A stretch of DNA of 64,000 bases from Candidatus Saganbacteria bacterium (GCA_026387835.1 JAPLKZ010000013.1:9369-73368), one strand, 5' to 3'. Positions 9,939-19,920 are shown, counted from the stretch's first letter. A program made the numbers and translations. The notes: generated by a model not told the origin, from the letters alone.

Positions 9939-11246
9939 TTATAGCATCTTTTTACCGACAGCTTTATTTATTTTAGCCTTAGCTATCTCAACATTGAACA
10001 AAGCATTAAGATGATCTGTCCAGGCCTGCGTCAAAGACACCTGGGCGTCGAGCACATCAACATTCGTTCCCAGGCCGGAATTGTATAACGAGTTTGAGAC
10101 TTGATAACTTTCTTCGGCCGAATCCACCGCCTGCTTCGTAGCAATGACTATATCCAGAGCACTTTTCAGGTTCAAATAAGAGCCGTGGACCTCCATGGCG
10201 ATATTATTCTTGAACTGATCGACATTGGCCTTCTGGGCTGCCAGGTTCTCAAATGCTTCCTTAACACGGTTCTCTCTTGCAAAGCTGTCAAAGATGTTCC
10301 ATGACCCGCTTCCCATCACTTTCCATGAATTGACGTTTGACTGGAAAGTAGGGAATTGGGTAAGCTGGTTACCTGAATTCGCCGACAGAACGATGCTCGG
10401 CAGGTAATCGGTCTGCGAAAGCCGGACCTGGTCCTCGCTGATGCCGGTAGCGAGCTGATACATTTTCCAGTCAGGGCGGTTATCATATGCGGCCTTAAGA
10501 AGCGTGTCATAATCCTGAAGACCGTCGGCTTTACCTGTAAAACCTTCGTCTTTGACATCGACCGGCTGTTTCATGTCATTTCCCAAAACATTATTAAAAG
10601 AATCTTTTGAAAGTTCAATATCATACTTGGACTGGATCAGCGACACATTGTCGTCAGCTTCCATGACCTTTGACTGCAAAAAGTCCGCTCTCCTGGCCAA
10701 ACCGGCATTCATCATTGACTGCACTTGTTTACGGTGAGCAGTGGCCATATCAAGCGAATCGCTCATCAGCTTTTCCATCTTGATCGATTTTAATACCCCA
10801 AAATATGCCTGGGTCACATTGAATGATGTATCAATGACCGTTTGTTGATATTGCTGTGTTGCCGAATCAGCGCCTTTCTTGGCGATCCCCAGTTCCGGAA
10901 AAAGAGCGGTTACAAGGACCGGCTGTGAAAGTTGCGCCTGTAGTCCTGAACCGGTTGCTGTGGCATCCGTTCCAAAGGTAACATTCTGCGTCACGCCGGC
11001 GGTAGTGATCTGTACTGTTTGCGGCGAAGAATAAGCCTGGTTCAAATTCCCGTTTACATTAACCGCAGGGAAAAACGCGCTTATAGCCTGGTTCAACTTA
11101 GCGCCTGCTGCCGCGGCTTTTTTCTGCGACGCGATCACCGTAGGGTTGGTCTTTATCGCAAAATTGATGCTTTCGTCAAGGTCCATCGCGTTCGCCTGCG
11201 CCATGAACAGGATCAAAATGAACGGGACTAAAAGATATTTTCTCAT
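9939..11246 (-). CDS. TolC-family outer-membrane efflux factor
   Basis: 435 aa with a signal peptide and OEP repeats; last gene of the minus-strand ABC exporter operon. Confidence 0.85.
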   Translation of the reverse strand: MRKYLLVPFILILFMAQANAMDLDESINFAIKTNPTVIASQKKAAAAGAKLNQAISAFFPAVNVNGNLNQAYSSPQTVQITTAGVTQNVTFGTDATATGSGLQAQLSQPVLVTALFPELGIAKKGADSATQQYQQTVIDTSFNVTQAYFGVLKSIKMEKLMSDSLDMATAHRKQVQSMMNAGLARRADFLQSKVMEADDNVSLIQSKYDIELSKDSFNNVLGNDMKQPVDVKDEGFTGKADGLQDYDTLLKAAYDNRPDWKMYQLATGISEDQVRLSQTDYLPSIVLSANSGNQLTQFPTFQSNVNSWKVMGSGSWNIFDSFARENRVKEAFENLAAQKANVDQFKNNIAMEVHGSYLNLKSALDIVIATKQAVDSAEESYQVSNSLYNSGLGTNVDVLDAQVSLTQAWTDHLNALFNVEIAKAKINKAVGKKML

Positions 11247-11262
11247 TATGCCCTCCTTTATA

Positions 11263-12396
11263 TTACACTAAACTTTTACGAAATTTTAATACGCTGACCG
11301 TCAGGATCGATATGCCGATCAGCAGCAGCGGCCAGATCTCAGGCCACAGATATGTGATCCCTGTTCCTTTAAGGAAAAGCTCCCTGACGATCGAAAGGAA
11401 ATATCGCAACGGTACGAAATATGTGACGAACTGGATGAACAGAGGCATATTTTCGATCGGGAAAACAAAGCCGGATAAAAGAAGCTGGGGCGCGGTCACC
11501 AGCAGGTTGAGCATGCCCGCCTGCCTCTCATTAACGGCGAATGTAGAGATCAAAACTCCGGTCCCGAGCCCGGCCAGAAGATAGACCGCTCCTGTTACGA
11601 ACAGAAGGAAAACGCTGCCGCGCATCGGCACTCCGAACCAGAGCGTGGAGATCAAAAAAACTATGGACATATCAAACATTGCAACACCGGCGAACGGGAT
11701 CAATTTCCCCATGATGAGTTCCATCGGTTTAAGCGGGGTGACGGAAAGCATCTCTATCGTTCCGCGGGTCTTTTCTTTGACGATCGAGGAAACGGTCAGG
11801 ATCATGCTTATCAGCATCAACAACTGCGCAAAGATCCCAGGAACATAGAAATAACGGCTTTCAATATCCCCGTTGTACCAGATCCTGGTACGCATATCGA
11901 ACAGCGGGCTGGCGTACTTTGCCAGACCGTGCCGGAACAAACGTTCTTTAAAAATATCGGCCGAGGCCATGCTCCCGACCGCGCCGACATATGACTGTGT
12001 GATCATGGCGATCGAAGCATTGCTCCCGTCCATATCCACCTGAACATCCGCGGTCTGTTCATGGGCGATCTTTTGCCCGAATTTATGGGGAATGTATATC
12101 ACCAGTTTTGCCCGGCCGTTGTCAAGGTAGCGAGAAATTTGTCCCCTGTTCTGCAGGCAGTAATTGAAATCAAAATACTCGGTCGCGTTGAACCGTCTTA
12201 AGAACTCGCGGCTTTCATATGTCTTGTCATCGTCCAGCACAGCTGTTGAAAGATGCTTGATGTCCATTGACGCCACATATCCCAAAAGAAAAAGCTGGAC
12301 TATCGGCATGACGATAGCTATGAACAGCATCCTTTTGTCCCGCATCAGCTGCAGGACCTCTTTTTTCATAAAATGGAACAAACGGCTGTCAAACAT
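11263..12396 (-). CDS. ABC-2 family transporter permease
   Basis: 377 aa with an N-terminal TM, a large periplasmic loop and then 5 TM (the YhhJ/YhiH-like ABC-2 pattern). Confidence 0.8.
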   Translation of the reverse strand: MFDSRLFHFMKKEVLQLMRDKRMLFIAIVMPIVQLFLLGYVASMDIKHLSTAVLDDDKTYESREFLRRFNATEYFDFNYCLQNRGQISRYLDNGRAKLVIYIPHKFGQKIAHEQTADVQVDMDGSNASIAMITQSYVGAVGSMASADIFKERLFRHGLAKYASPLFDMRTRIWYNGDIESRYFYVPGIFAQLLMLISMILTVSSIVKEKTRGTIEMLSVTPLKPMELIMGKLIPFAGVAMFDMSIVFLISTLWFGVPMRGSVFLLFVTGAVYLLAGLGTGVLISTFAVNERQAGMLNLLVTAPQLLLSGFVFPIENMPLFIQFVTYFVPLRYFLSIVRELFLKGTGITYLWPEIWPLLLIGISILTVSVLKFRKSLV

Positions 12397-13445
12397 CAGT
12401 CTAACCTCTTTTTAAATTTTGCAATACTGACCGCGATAAAGAACAGGCTTAAAATGGTCATCCCGACGAAATCCTGCCAGAAACAGGAAAGTCCGACGCC
12501 TTTAAGATAGATCGCCCGCAAAATATCAATAAGATACCGCGCCGGGACAAAGAGCGACAGCGCCTGCAGTGCCACAGGCATGTTCTCGATCGGGAATGTA
12601 AAACCGGACAGGAGCATCGCGGGGAGCAGTGTTGTGACCGCCGCCATCTGCATCGCCGCCTGGCTGGATGTGGCGGTGGTAGAGATAAAAAGGCCAAGGG
12701 CCATCGTTCCGACCATAAACATCACATAAGGAAGAATTTTACCCAGCATCAGTTCATACTTCCTGATGGGGCTGACGATGATGCTTTCTATGGTGCCCTG
12801 TTCTTTTTCCGAGATGATCGTCAGTGAAGTCAAAACAGCCGAGACCTGCATCAGGATGACGGCGATCAGGCCCGGTATATAAAAATCCATGGAACGCAAA
12901 TCCTCGTTATACCAGATGCGCGGTATCAATTTGATGGGTGAGGTCACCGGCCTTACAAGGCCGAGTTGATTGACTTTTATCTGGATAAGGTCCTGATTGA
13001 ACCCGGCAGATATAGTTTGCACATAACCGACAGCGGACTGGGCCCATGTCGAGTCAGAGCCGTCTATCAAAGCCTGGACAGTCGCTTTTTTGCCTCCCCT
13101 GATCGCCTGCCCGAACTTGTGCGGGATGCTGAGCACTACCTTGGCCTTGCCTTTATCAAGGATGACAGGGATCTCTTTGTCGGAATAAATGAAAGACTGG
13201 AGCTTGAAATACTTGTTCTTGACGAAGCGGTCGATAAAATTGCGGCTTTCGACCGTTTTGTCCTTGTCAAGGACCGCAGTCGGGATATGGTTGACGTCCA
13301 GCGTCGCGGCAAAACCATAAAGGACCAGCATGAAGACCGGCATGATGAGCATGACGGTGAGCGAGATCGGATCGCGGAATATGGTGATGAACTCTTTCTT
13401 GATCACCGAATACAGCCGTTTAGGATTGATAGCGCTTGATTTCAT
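12396..13445 (-). CDS. ABC-2 family transporter permease
   Basis: Paralog of the adjacent permease with the same topology; its start overlaps the downstream gene stop. Confidence 0.8.
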   Translation of the reverse strand: MKSSAINPKRLYSVIKKEFITIFRDPISLTVMLIMPVFMLVLYGFAATLDVNHIPTAVLDKDKTVESRNFIDRFVKNKYFKLQSFIYSDKEIPVILDKGKAKVVLSIPHKFGQAIRGGKKATVQALIDGSDSTWAQSAVGYVQTISAGFNQDLIQIKVNQLGLVRPVTSPIKLIPRIWYNEDLRSMDFYIPGLIAVILMQVSAVLTSLTIISEKEQGTIESIIVSPIRKYELMLGKILPYVMFMVGTMALGLFISTTATSSQAAMQMAAVTTLLPAMLLSGFTFPIENMPVALQALSLFVPARYLIDILRAIYLKGVGLSCFWQDFVGMTILSLFFIAVSIAKFKKRLD

Positions 13446-14395
13446 TTTTTTCCTTTTGCGAGTTCGGCCTGCTGTTTTTCCACAAGAAAAACGAACACAT
13501 CTTCAAGTGACGGCAGTATTTTTTCTATTCTTTTGACCTGCAGGCTCTCTTTTGCCAGTGTATCCCGGATATCTTTTTCATATTTTGCGTCCTCGACAAG
13601 CACGTGAAGAAAAACCCCGTAAAGCGACACATCTTTACTGAAAGGCTGCACTCTTAATGCTTCCAGCCCTTTCATCACATGATCAACTTCGATCTCAAAG
13701 AGCGTGTTGGTCATCAGTTTGGACTTGAGGTTGGCCGGCGAATCGCAGGCTATCATCTGTCCCGCGCTGATCAGGGAGATTCTGTTGCACATCTCTGCCT
13801 CATCCATATAATGAGTGGTGACAAGGATCGTGACCCCGCTTGAAGCCAGCTCTCCGATCACTTTCCAGAATTTCTTGCGGGATATCGGATCGACCCCGCC
13901 AGTCGGCTCGTCCAAAAATAAGATCTTCGGCTCGTGTATGATGGAGCAGCCGAGCGCCAGGTGCTGCTTGACCGATAGTGAAAGAGTCCCGGTGATGATA
14001 TCCCTGCACTCTGTGAGCTCCGCCTGCTGCAGTATTTTTTCCATCTGCTGCGCCCTGGTAGCTTTGCTGGTCTGGTACATCCCGGCGTAAAAATCAATGT
14101 TCTCTCCGATAGTAAGGTCATCATAAAGGGAGAACTTCTGGCACATGTAGCCAATATGCTGTTTTACTTTTTGAGATTCTTTTCCCAAAAGATATCCTCC
14201 GACCTTGCCGATGCCGGAAGTCGGCTCAAGCAGGCCGCACAGCATCCTGATCGTGGTGGTTTTACCGGCCCCGTTAGGTCCGAGAAAACCGAATATCTCG
14301 CCCCGCTTTACCGAAAAGTTTATATTATTCACTGCGGTAAAGCTTCCGAATTTCTTTACCAGGCCCTTGACCTCGATAGTTATATCTTCGCTCAT
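13442..14395 (-). CDS. ABC transporter ATP-binding protein
   Basis: Walker A GPNGAGKTT, signature LSLSVKQHLALG, Walker B ILFLDEPT. Confidence 0.9.
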   Translation of the reverse strand: MSEDITIEVKGLVKKFGSFTAVNNINFSVKRGEIFGFLGPNGAGKTTTIRMLCGLLEPTSGIGKVGGYLLGKESQKVKQHIGYMCQKFSLYDDLTIGENIDFYAGMYQTSKATRAQQMEKILQQAELTECRDIITGTLSLSVKQHLALGCSIIHEPKILFLDEPTGGVDPISRKKFWKVIGELASSGVTILVTTHYMDEAEMCNRISLISAGQMIACDSPANLKSKLMTNTLFEIEVDHVMKGLEALRVQPFSKDVSLYGVFLHVLVEDAKYEKDIRDTLAKESLQVKRIEKILPSLEDVFVFLVEKQQAELAKGKK

Positions 14396-15114
14396 TTTGC
14401 CGTTTCAATCGCCTTTATAAAGGCTTCCTCAAGACTTTTTGTTCCGTATAGATGTTTAATATTGTCCGGCGTATCGCAGTTGAGAAGATGTCCTTCCCGT
14501 ATCAGCGCGATGCGGGTACATCTCTCGGCTTCGTCCATATAAGGGGTGGTGACTACGATCGTCACATCTGTCAGCCCGTAAAGGATCCGCCAGAACTCTC
14601 TTCGGGATATCGGATCTACCCCGAGCGTCGGCTCGTCAAGCATGATGATCTCGGGTTTGTGTATAAGGTTGGTGGCAAGGGCGAGTTTTTTTTGCATACC
14701 TCCGGAAAGGTTCTTTCCTCTTCTGTCAGCGAATTTAGACATGCCCGTGAACTCCAGCAGTTCCTTCTTTTTCGGGCCGATCTCGCTTTTGGAAAGTCCA
14801 TAGATCTCCGCGAAAAAATTGATGTTCTCATCAACGGTCAGATCTCCATAAAGAGCAAAACGCTGGGGCATATAGCCGATCCGGTCGCGGATTTCCTCTT
14901 CCTGATTTTTGGTGTCAAACCCGAGGACAAACGCTTCTCCTGAAGTCGGGGTCATAGCTGTGGAGATAAGACGCATGGTCGTACTTTTTCCGGCACCGTC
15001 AGGGCCGACAAGGCCAAAGATCTCACCGGGACGGACCTGAAGGTCTAAGCTATTTACCGCCGTGTTATTGCCGAACTTTTTGGTGAGTTTTTTTGTCTCT
15101 ATTGCGAATTGCAT
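14392..15114 (-). CDS. ABC transporter ATP-binding protein
   Basis: Walker A GPDGAGKST, signature LSGGMQKKLALA, Walker B IIMLDEPT. Confidence 0.9.
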   Translation of the reverse strand: MQFAIETKKLTKKFGNNTAVNSLDLQVRPGEIFGLVGPDGAGKSTTMRLISTAMTPTSGEAFVLGFDTKNQEEEIRDRIGYMPQRFALYGDLTVDENINFFAEIYGLSKSEIGPKKKELLEFTGMSKFADRRGKNLSGGMQKKLALATNLIHKPEIIMLDEPTLGVDPISRREFWRILYGLTDVTIVVTTPYMDEAERCTRIALIREGHLLNCDTPDNIKHLYGTKSLEEAFIKAIETAK

Positions 15115-15890
15115 AAGAACTCGCCGTCTGCCGGCATTCCGGGTTTTAAGATATGGTCCGGATTTGGGACGATGACTTTGATCTTATAGACATATGTTGT
15201 TCTTTCTTCCTGTGTCTGGATCGGCTTTGGGGTGAACTCTTCTTTGTCGGATATATAGGAGACCCATCCCATAAAAGGTTTTTTTGGCTGTGAATCGATC
15301 GTTACCTTGACCTTATCACCCAATTTCAGCTTTCCGACAACCTTGTCCCCGACATATAAATACAGTTTGACCTGGTCAAGGTTTGCCATTGTCGCGATAG
15401 GCGACCCCGGCACAACAAGTTCTCCCATTTCAATCGCCTTTGAAAGTATTGAACCTTTGATAGGAGATGTGATCGTTGTATAGCCCAGCTGATTTTCGGC
15501 AAGAGTCAGAGCTGCTGCCATAGCTTCATAGTTATGCTGGGCCGTGTCAAGCTGGTCAGCGCTGATAGAGCGGGTCGCATACGCTTCTTTGTTGCGCTGC
15601 AGCTCTTTCTTGGCCAATTCGCATTTCGCCTTGGCGCTGTCAAGCTGGGCCTGATAATCCTGTCTTTCAACCTGACACAAAACTTCGTTTGTGACGACAT
15701 CCGATCCCTCATCGATATTCAACTGGATGATACGGCCTGTAACCTTGCTACTGACCACGATCTCGGTCACCTCTATGGTCCCGCTCCCGTAGATCCCCTT
15801 GTTTAAAGAACGGAGCGCAAAGAAAGTCCCGTATCCGGCTACCATAATAACAACGAACACGATCCCGATGATGATCAAACGCTTATTCAT
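15099..15890 (-). CDS. HlyD-family secretion adaptor protein
   Basis: 263 aa with an N-terminal TM, coiled-coil and beta-barrel MFP features; first gene of the HlyD-ATPase-ATPase-permease-permease-TolC operon. Confidence 0.85.
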   Translation of the reverse strand: MNKRLIIIGIVFVVIMVAGYGTFFALRSLNKGIYGSGTIEVTEIVVSSKVTGRIIQLNIDEGSDVVTNEVLCQVERQDYQAQLDSAKAKCELAKKELQRNKEAYATRSISADQLDTAQHNYEAMAAALTLAENQLGYTTITSPIKGSILSKAIEMGELVVPGSPIATMANLDQVKLYLYVGDKVVGKLKLGDKVKVTIDSQPKKPFMGWVSYISDKEEFTPKPIQTQEERTTYVYKIKVIVPNPDHILKPGMPADGEFLCNSQ

Positions 15891-16045
15891 TTCTTTCCCT
15901 CCTTATTGAACTTAATTGCTTAAGATTTTCATATTATAACAATATATTTTAGGTTTGCAAACAACTTACGGAAATGAAGGAATATATTATAAGCCAGTGT
16001 TTACTAGCTAGGTCAAATAATAATACAAAAATGTAGAATGCCGGG

Positions 16046-16074
16046 TTGATTATACCAAAATTGTATCGTATAAT
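16046..16074 (+). promoter_or_regulatory. Sigma70-type promoter (TTGATT-17 nt-TATAAT) for the activator gene; only 6 nt separate it from the ATG, so the mRNA is leaderless-like
   Basis: TTGATT at 16046-16051, a 17-nt spacer, TATAAT at 16069-16074, ATG at 16081. No Shine-Dalgarno sequence is present. Confidence 0.5.
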
Positions 16075-16080
16075 AATTAT

Positions 16081-17637
16081 ATGACCGAACTAAAAGGTGT
16101 GCTTTTACAAAGGAAAGTCCATGAACTTACAGCGTTGTATGAGATCAGCCAGGCGCTCGGGCTTACCCTTGACATGGAAAGATCCATGTATTCGATAATG
16201 GAGGTCCTGGATAAACATCTGGGCATGACGAGGGGAACGGTCACTCTCCTGCATTTGCATACGGGAGAGCTTTTTATCGAAGTCGCTCACGGTCTTACGG
16301 AATCGGAAAAGAAAAGAGGTATTTATAAGATCGGTGAAGGTATCACGGGAAAAGTAGTTGAGACCGGTGTGCCGGCAATCATCCCGAAAATAGGGGAAGA
16401 GCCGTTATTTTTGAATAAGACCAAAGCAAGAAAAAAAGATGTCGTTAAAAAGGACATCTCGTTCATCTGTGTCCCGATAAAGATCGGCAAGAACGTGATA
16501 GGAGCTTTTTCGGTCGACAAGATATTCAGCCCTGATATGCCGCTTGAAGAGGATGTCAGGTTTTTGACAATAGTCGCTTCGATGATCGCACAGTCGGTAA
16601 AGATACACCAGTTGATCCAGTCAGAAAAGGATAAATTGCTGGAGGAGAATATAAACCTGCGCGAGGAGTTGAAGCAGAAATACAGCTTCAAGAACATAAT
16701 CGGCAACAGCAGCAGGATGAGCGAGGTCTTCATGATGATAGGCCGTGTGGCAAAGAGCGACGCGACGGTCCTTATTAGAGGGGAATCCGGGACAGGTAAA
16801 GAGCTGGTCGCGCACGCCATACATTATAATAGTCTCCGTGCGAAAAGGCCCTTCATAAAGGTCAACTGCGCGGCGCTTCCCGAGAACCTGATAGAGGCAG
16901 AGCTTTTTGGATACGAAAGAGGAGCTTTTACAGGGGCGTTCGAAAGAAAGGCCGGAAGGTTCGAGCTGGCAGAGGGCGGGACGATCTTCCTTGATGAGAT
17001 AGGAGACCTCAGCCAGTCGACGCAGGTAAAACTTCTCCGGGTGATACAGGAAAGAGAGTTCGAACGTCTTGGCGGCACTGAAACGATAAAATGTAATGTC
17101 AGACTGATAACCGCGACCAACCAGAACCTGGAAAAACTGATAAGCGAACACAATTTCAGAGAAGACCTTTATTACAGATTGAACGTATTTCCGATATATA
17201 TCCCTCCTTTGCGTGAAAGAAAGGACGATATCCTGCTTCTTTCGGAATATTTCCTGGAAAAATATGCCAAGGAGAACAAGAAGAACATAAAAAGAATATC
17301 AACCCCGGCAATAGATGCGCTAATGAGTTATCACTGGCCCGGCAACGTTAGGGAACTTGAGAACTGTATCGAAAGAGCGGTACTTATGTGCGAGGGAGAG
17401 GTGATATATGCGCATCACCTGCCCCCGACGCTCCAGACGGCTACCGATACAAAGACAGAGATAAAGCAGTCGCTCGAAATTCTTGTTTCCGGCTTTGAAA
17501 AAGATATTATCGTGGATGCTTTAAAAACCATGCGCGGGAACATATCAAGATCAGCAAAGCTGCTTCAGACCACCGAAAGAATATTCGGCTATAAACTTAG
17601 CCAGTATGATATCGATTACAAAAAATACCGCGCCTAA
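16081..17637 (+). CDS. Sigma54-dependent transcriptional activator of NifA type (GAF-AAA+-Fis HTH) with no receiver domain
   Basis: N-terminal GAF domain, Walker [15 protein letters not shown] motif (ERGAFTGA), [10 protein letters not shown], and a C-terminal HTH. It sits at the head of the amtB-glnK-glnA-gltBD cluster. Confidence 0.85.
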   Translation: MTELKGVLLQRKVHELTALYEISQALGLTLDMERSMYSIMEVLDKHLGMTRGTVTLLHLHTGELFIEVAHGLTESEKKRGIYKIGEGITGKVVETGVPAIIPKIGEEPLFLNKTKARKKDVVKKDISFICVPIKIGKNVIGAFSVDKIFSPDMPLEEDVRFLTIVASMIAQSVKIHQLIQSEKDKLLEENINLREELKQKYSFKNIIGNSSRMSEVFMMIGRVAKSDATVLIRGESGTGKELVAHAIHYNSLRAKRPFIKVNCAALPENLIEAELFGYERGAFTGAFERKAGRFELAEGGTIFLDEIGDLSQSTQVKLLRVIQEREFERLGGTETIKCNVRLITATNQNLEKLISEHNFREDLYYRLNVFPIYIPPLRERKDDILLLSEYFLEKYAKENKKNIKRISTPAIDALMSYHWPGNVRELENCIERAVLMCEGEVIYAHHLPPTLQTATDTKTEIKQSLEILVSGFEKDIIVDALKTMRGNISRSAKLLQTTERIFGYKLSQYDIDYKKYRA

Positions 17638-17736
17638 TACCTCCAAAACTACAATAACGTAAAATATTCTGTAGGCATTCTACAAAATTGTTATCAGTTG
17701 CCGCGCTTTCCCTCTAATGTTCTCTTGATCTTCCCT

Positions 17737-17753
17737 CGGCAGGCAAATTGCTC
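17737..17753 (+). promoter_or_regulatory. Sigma54 (-24/-12) promoter candidate
   Basis: cGGCAGgcaaaTTGCT has GG-N10-GC spacing and matches the TGGCAC-N5-TTGCW consensus; it lies about 40 nt upstream of the ATG at 17791. Confidence 0.55.
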
Positions 17754-17790
17754 ATCTTTCTGTCAAACAGGCCGGAAAGGAGACGGAATC

Positions 17791-18477
17791 ATGAGAAAAG
17801 AATATCTGATAAAGACCCTGCTGCTTTTGTTGCTATTAAGTGCAGCGTCCGAGGCGACCCCATCCACACAGATATGGAATCCGTCAACGGATATCCAGGC
17901 AAAAGGGGCCTGGCATTTTGGAATAGATAATTATTTCACGGTGCAGGGCCCTGCCGACGGAGGATACGCTTTTCCGACTGATGCCGGACTGGAATACGGC
18001 CTTACACCAAATATTGAATTAGGGCTCGATATTTTTGAGCCCCAGGCTAGTCCGTTGGCTTTCAACGCGAAGTTCGGGCTTCCGGAAAACGAAAGTATTC
18101 CGGCTTTTGCTGTGGGAGGATACGGTTTCGGGACTTCGGCAGGAGTGACGGACCAAAATGTTTTATACGGAGTGGTCGCCAAGACTTTCCCCGCGATAGG
18201 GCGTCTGACAGCCGGATATTTCTCTGGAAATTACAAAGTTCTTGTCGATCCCTCGGGGAATCCAGATAACAGCGGGATCATTCTTACCTGGGACAAGTAT
18301 TTGACGGACAAGATCTGGGCATGCGTTGATTATGCGGGCACAAAATCAACCCTTGGCGCGCTGTTTTACGGATTTTCTTACGCGTTCTCACCGAATACTT
18401 CAATTATATTCGGATACGGTACATATAATAATGGGGCAAAGCCTGTCGTGACAACTCAGCTTGACATAAATATTTAG
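17791..18477 (+). CDS. Secreted/outer-membrane hypothetical protein, probably co-transcribed with amtB
   Basis: RBS GGAGA; signal peptide MRKEYLIKTLLLLLLLSAASEA; Gly/aromatic-rich and beta-strand-like. 14 nt separate it from amtB. Confidence 0.5.
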   Translation: MRKEYLIKTLLLLLLLSAASEATPSTQIWNPSTDIQAKGAWHFGIDNYFTVQGPADGGYAFPTDAGLEYGLTPNIELGLDIFEPQASPLAFNAKFGLPENESIPAFAVGGYGFGTSAGVTDQNVLYGVVAKTFPAIGRLTAGYFSGNYKVLVDPSGNPDNSGIILTWDKYLTDKIWACVDYAGTKSTLGALFYGFSYAFSPNTSIIFGYGTYNNGAKPVVTTQLDINI

Positions 18478-18491
18478 AAAGGAGAAATAAG

Positions 18492-19712
18492 ATGATAAAT
18501 TCAGGAGATACGGCCTGGGTCTTGATCTCGACGGCATTAGTCATATTGATGACCCCCGCGCTTGCATTTTTTTACGGGGGAATGGTGAGAAAAAAAAATA
18601 TCCTGTCGACGATCATGCTTTCAGTGACGATCCTCGCACTTATATCGGTCCAGTGGGTATTATACGGGTATACTTTATCATTCGGTCCCGACAAGCATGG
18701 TCTGATAGGCGGTCTTAATTGGCTCGGACTGTCAGGGGTGGGCCAGCAGCCGTTTGCGGGTTATGCTCCTACAATACCGCATCTTGCTTTTATGGCGTTC
18801 CAGATGGCGTTCGCGATAATCACGCCGGCTTTAATAACCGGTGCTTTTGTTGAAAGGGTCAATTTTACGGGATTCCTTGTCTTCATCCTTATGTGGTCCA
18901 CTTTTATATATGCGCCGGTCGCTCACTGGGTCTGGGGAATAGGGGGTTGGCTGAGAAATCTCGGCGCCCTGGATTTTGCGGGCGGAACGGTCGTTCATAT
19001 CACTGCCGGGGTCTCGGCTTTGGCCATGGCCCTGGTCATAGGGAAAAGAAAAGGGTATAAAAAATTCCCGATGGAACCATCGAACATCCCTTTTACGATT
19101 CTCGGAGCATTTCTTTTGTGGTTCGGTTGGTTTGGCTTTAACGGGGGATCGGCGCTTTCGTCAGGCGGACTGGCAACATCCGCTTTTGTAGTCACTAACA
19201 CTGCAGCAGCAGCGGCAGCCCTGACATGGATGATAGTGAGCTGGGTGCATAAAAGACCCAGTGCTCTTGGCCTTGCTACCGGAGCGGTTGTCGGGCTTGT
19301 CGCAATAACTCCGGCATCCGGGTATGTCAGTCCGTTATCATCAATAATAATCGGATCAGCAGCTGCAATTATCTCATATTATGCCATCCTGATAAGGATG
19401 AAAAGCAATCTTGACGATTCTCTTGACGTTTTTGCCTGTCACGGGATGGGAGGGATCACCGGAGCGCTTATGACGGGCTTGTTCGCGGAAAAGGTCATAA
19501 ACCCGGCAGGAGCGAACGGTCTATTCTTTGGGAACCCCCATCAGTTCTACATACAGTTATTTACTGTCGTAGTTGTTGCTGTTTTCGCCTTTACAGTAAG
19601 TTTTATCCTTGCAAAGGTGGTTGATGCGGTTTTCTCGCTTAGGGCAACTGACAGCGAGGAAGATGTCGGGCTTGATATAAGTCAACATGGGGAAAGCGCA
19701 TATTCTATCTAA
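18492..19712 (+). CDS. amtB: Ammonium transporter
   Basis: 406 aa, 11 TM, with the Amt signatures (DFAGGTVVHI..., twin-His context). Confidence 0.95.
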   Translation: MINSGDTAWVLISTALVILMTPALAFFYGGMVRKKNILSTIMLSVTILALISVQWVLYGYTLSFGPDKHGLIGGLNWLGLSGVGQQPFAGYAPTIPHLAFMAFQMAFAIITPALITGAFVERVNFTGFLVFILMWSTFIYAPVAHWVWGIGGWLRNLGALDFAGGTVVHITAGVSALAMALVIGKRKGYKKFPMEPSNIPFTILGAFLLWFGWFGFNGGSALSSGGLATSAFVVTNTAAAAAALTWMIVSWVHKRPSALGLATGAVVGLVAITPASGYVSPLSSIIIGSAAAIISYYAILIRMKSNLDDSLDVFACHGMGGITGALMTGLFAEKVINPAGANGLFFGNPHQFYIQLFTVVVVAVFAFTVSFILAKVVDAVFSLRATDSEEDVGLDISQHGESAYSI

Positions 19713-19862
19713 AAAATGAGTATTTGCTGATTAAGGTGAAGATACAAAAATGTAGTATATATATAAATAAAGATACATTTATGTATTACAAATAATAAAT
19801 AAAACCGAAGGGCATTAAAAATATTTGGCCTGAAATAGGCAAAAAGAATAAAAAGATAGATT

Positions 19863-19878
19863 TGGCGGTGAAATTGCT
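19863..19878 (+). promoter_or_regulatory. Sigma54 (-24/-12) promoter
   Basis: TGGCGGTGAAATTGCT is a near-perfect match to the TGGCAC-N5-TTGCW consensus, 43-58 nt upstream of the amtB2 ATG. A weaker tandem candidate TGGCCTGAAATAGGCA lies at 19826-19841. Confidence 0.65.
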
Positions 19879-19920
19879 CAATATTGAATAGATAGACAGG
19901 AGATTTTTAAGGATATTAAC

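Noticed and set aside
12458-12697. Arg-rich 79-aa ORF (PARRRCRWRRSQHCSPRC…)
   Set aside because: It is an alternate frame within the ABC-2 permease gene and has no independent signals.
17668-17682. TGTAGGCATTCTACA dyad read as a TnrA/GlnR box (TGTNA-N7-TNACA)
   Set aside because: The spacer is 5 nt, not 7. The sequence is better explained as part of the TACA-N4-TGTA / GAATGCC motif family.
19826-19841. Second sigma54-like site TGGCCTGAAATAGGCA upstream of amtB2
   Set aside because: The GG-N10-GC spacing is correct but the -12 element (AGGCA) is weak, and the perfect site 37 nt downstream is the likelier promoter. It is mentioned only as a possible tandem or weak site.
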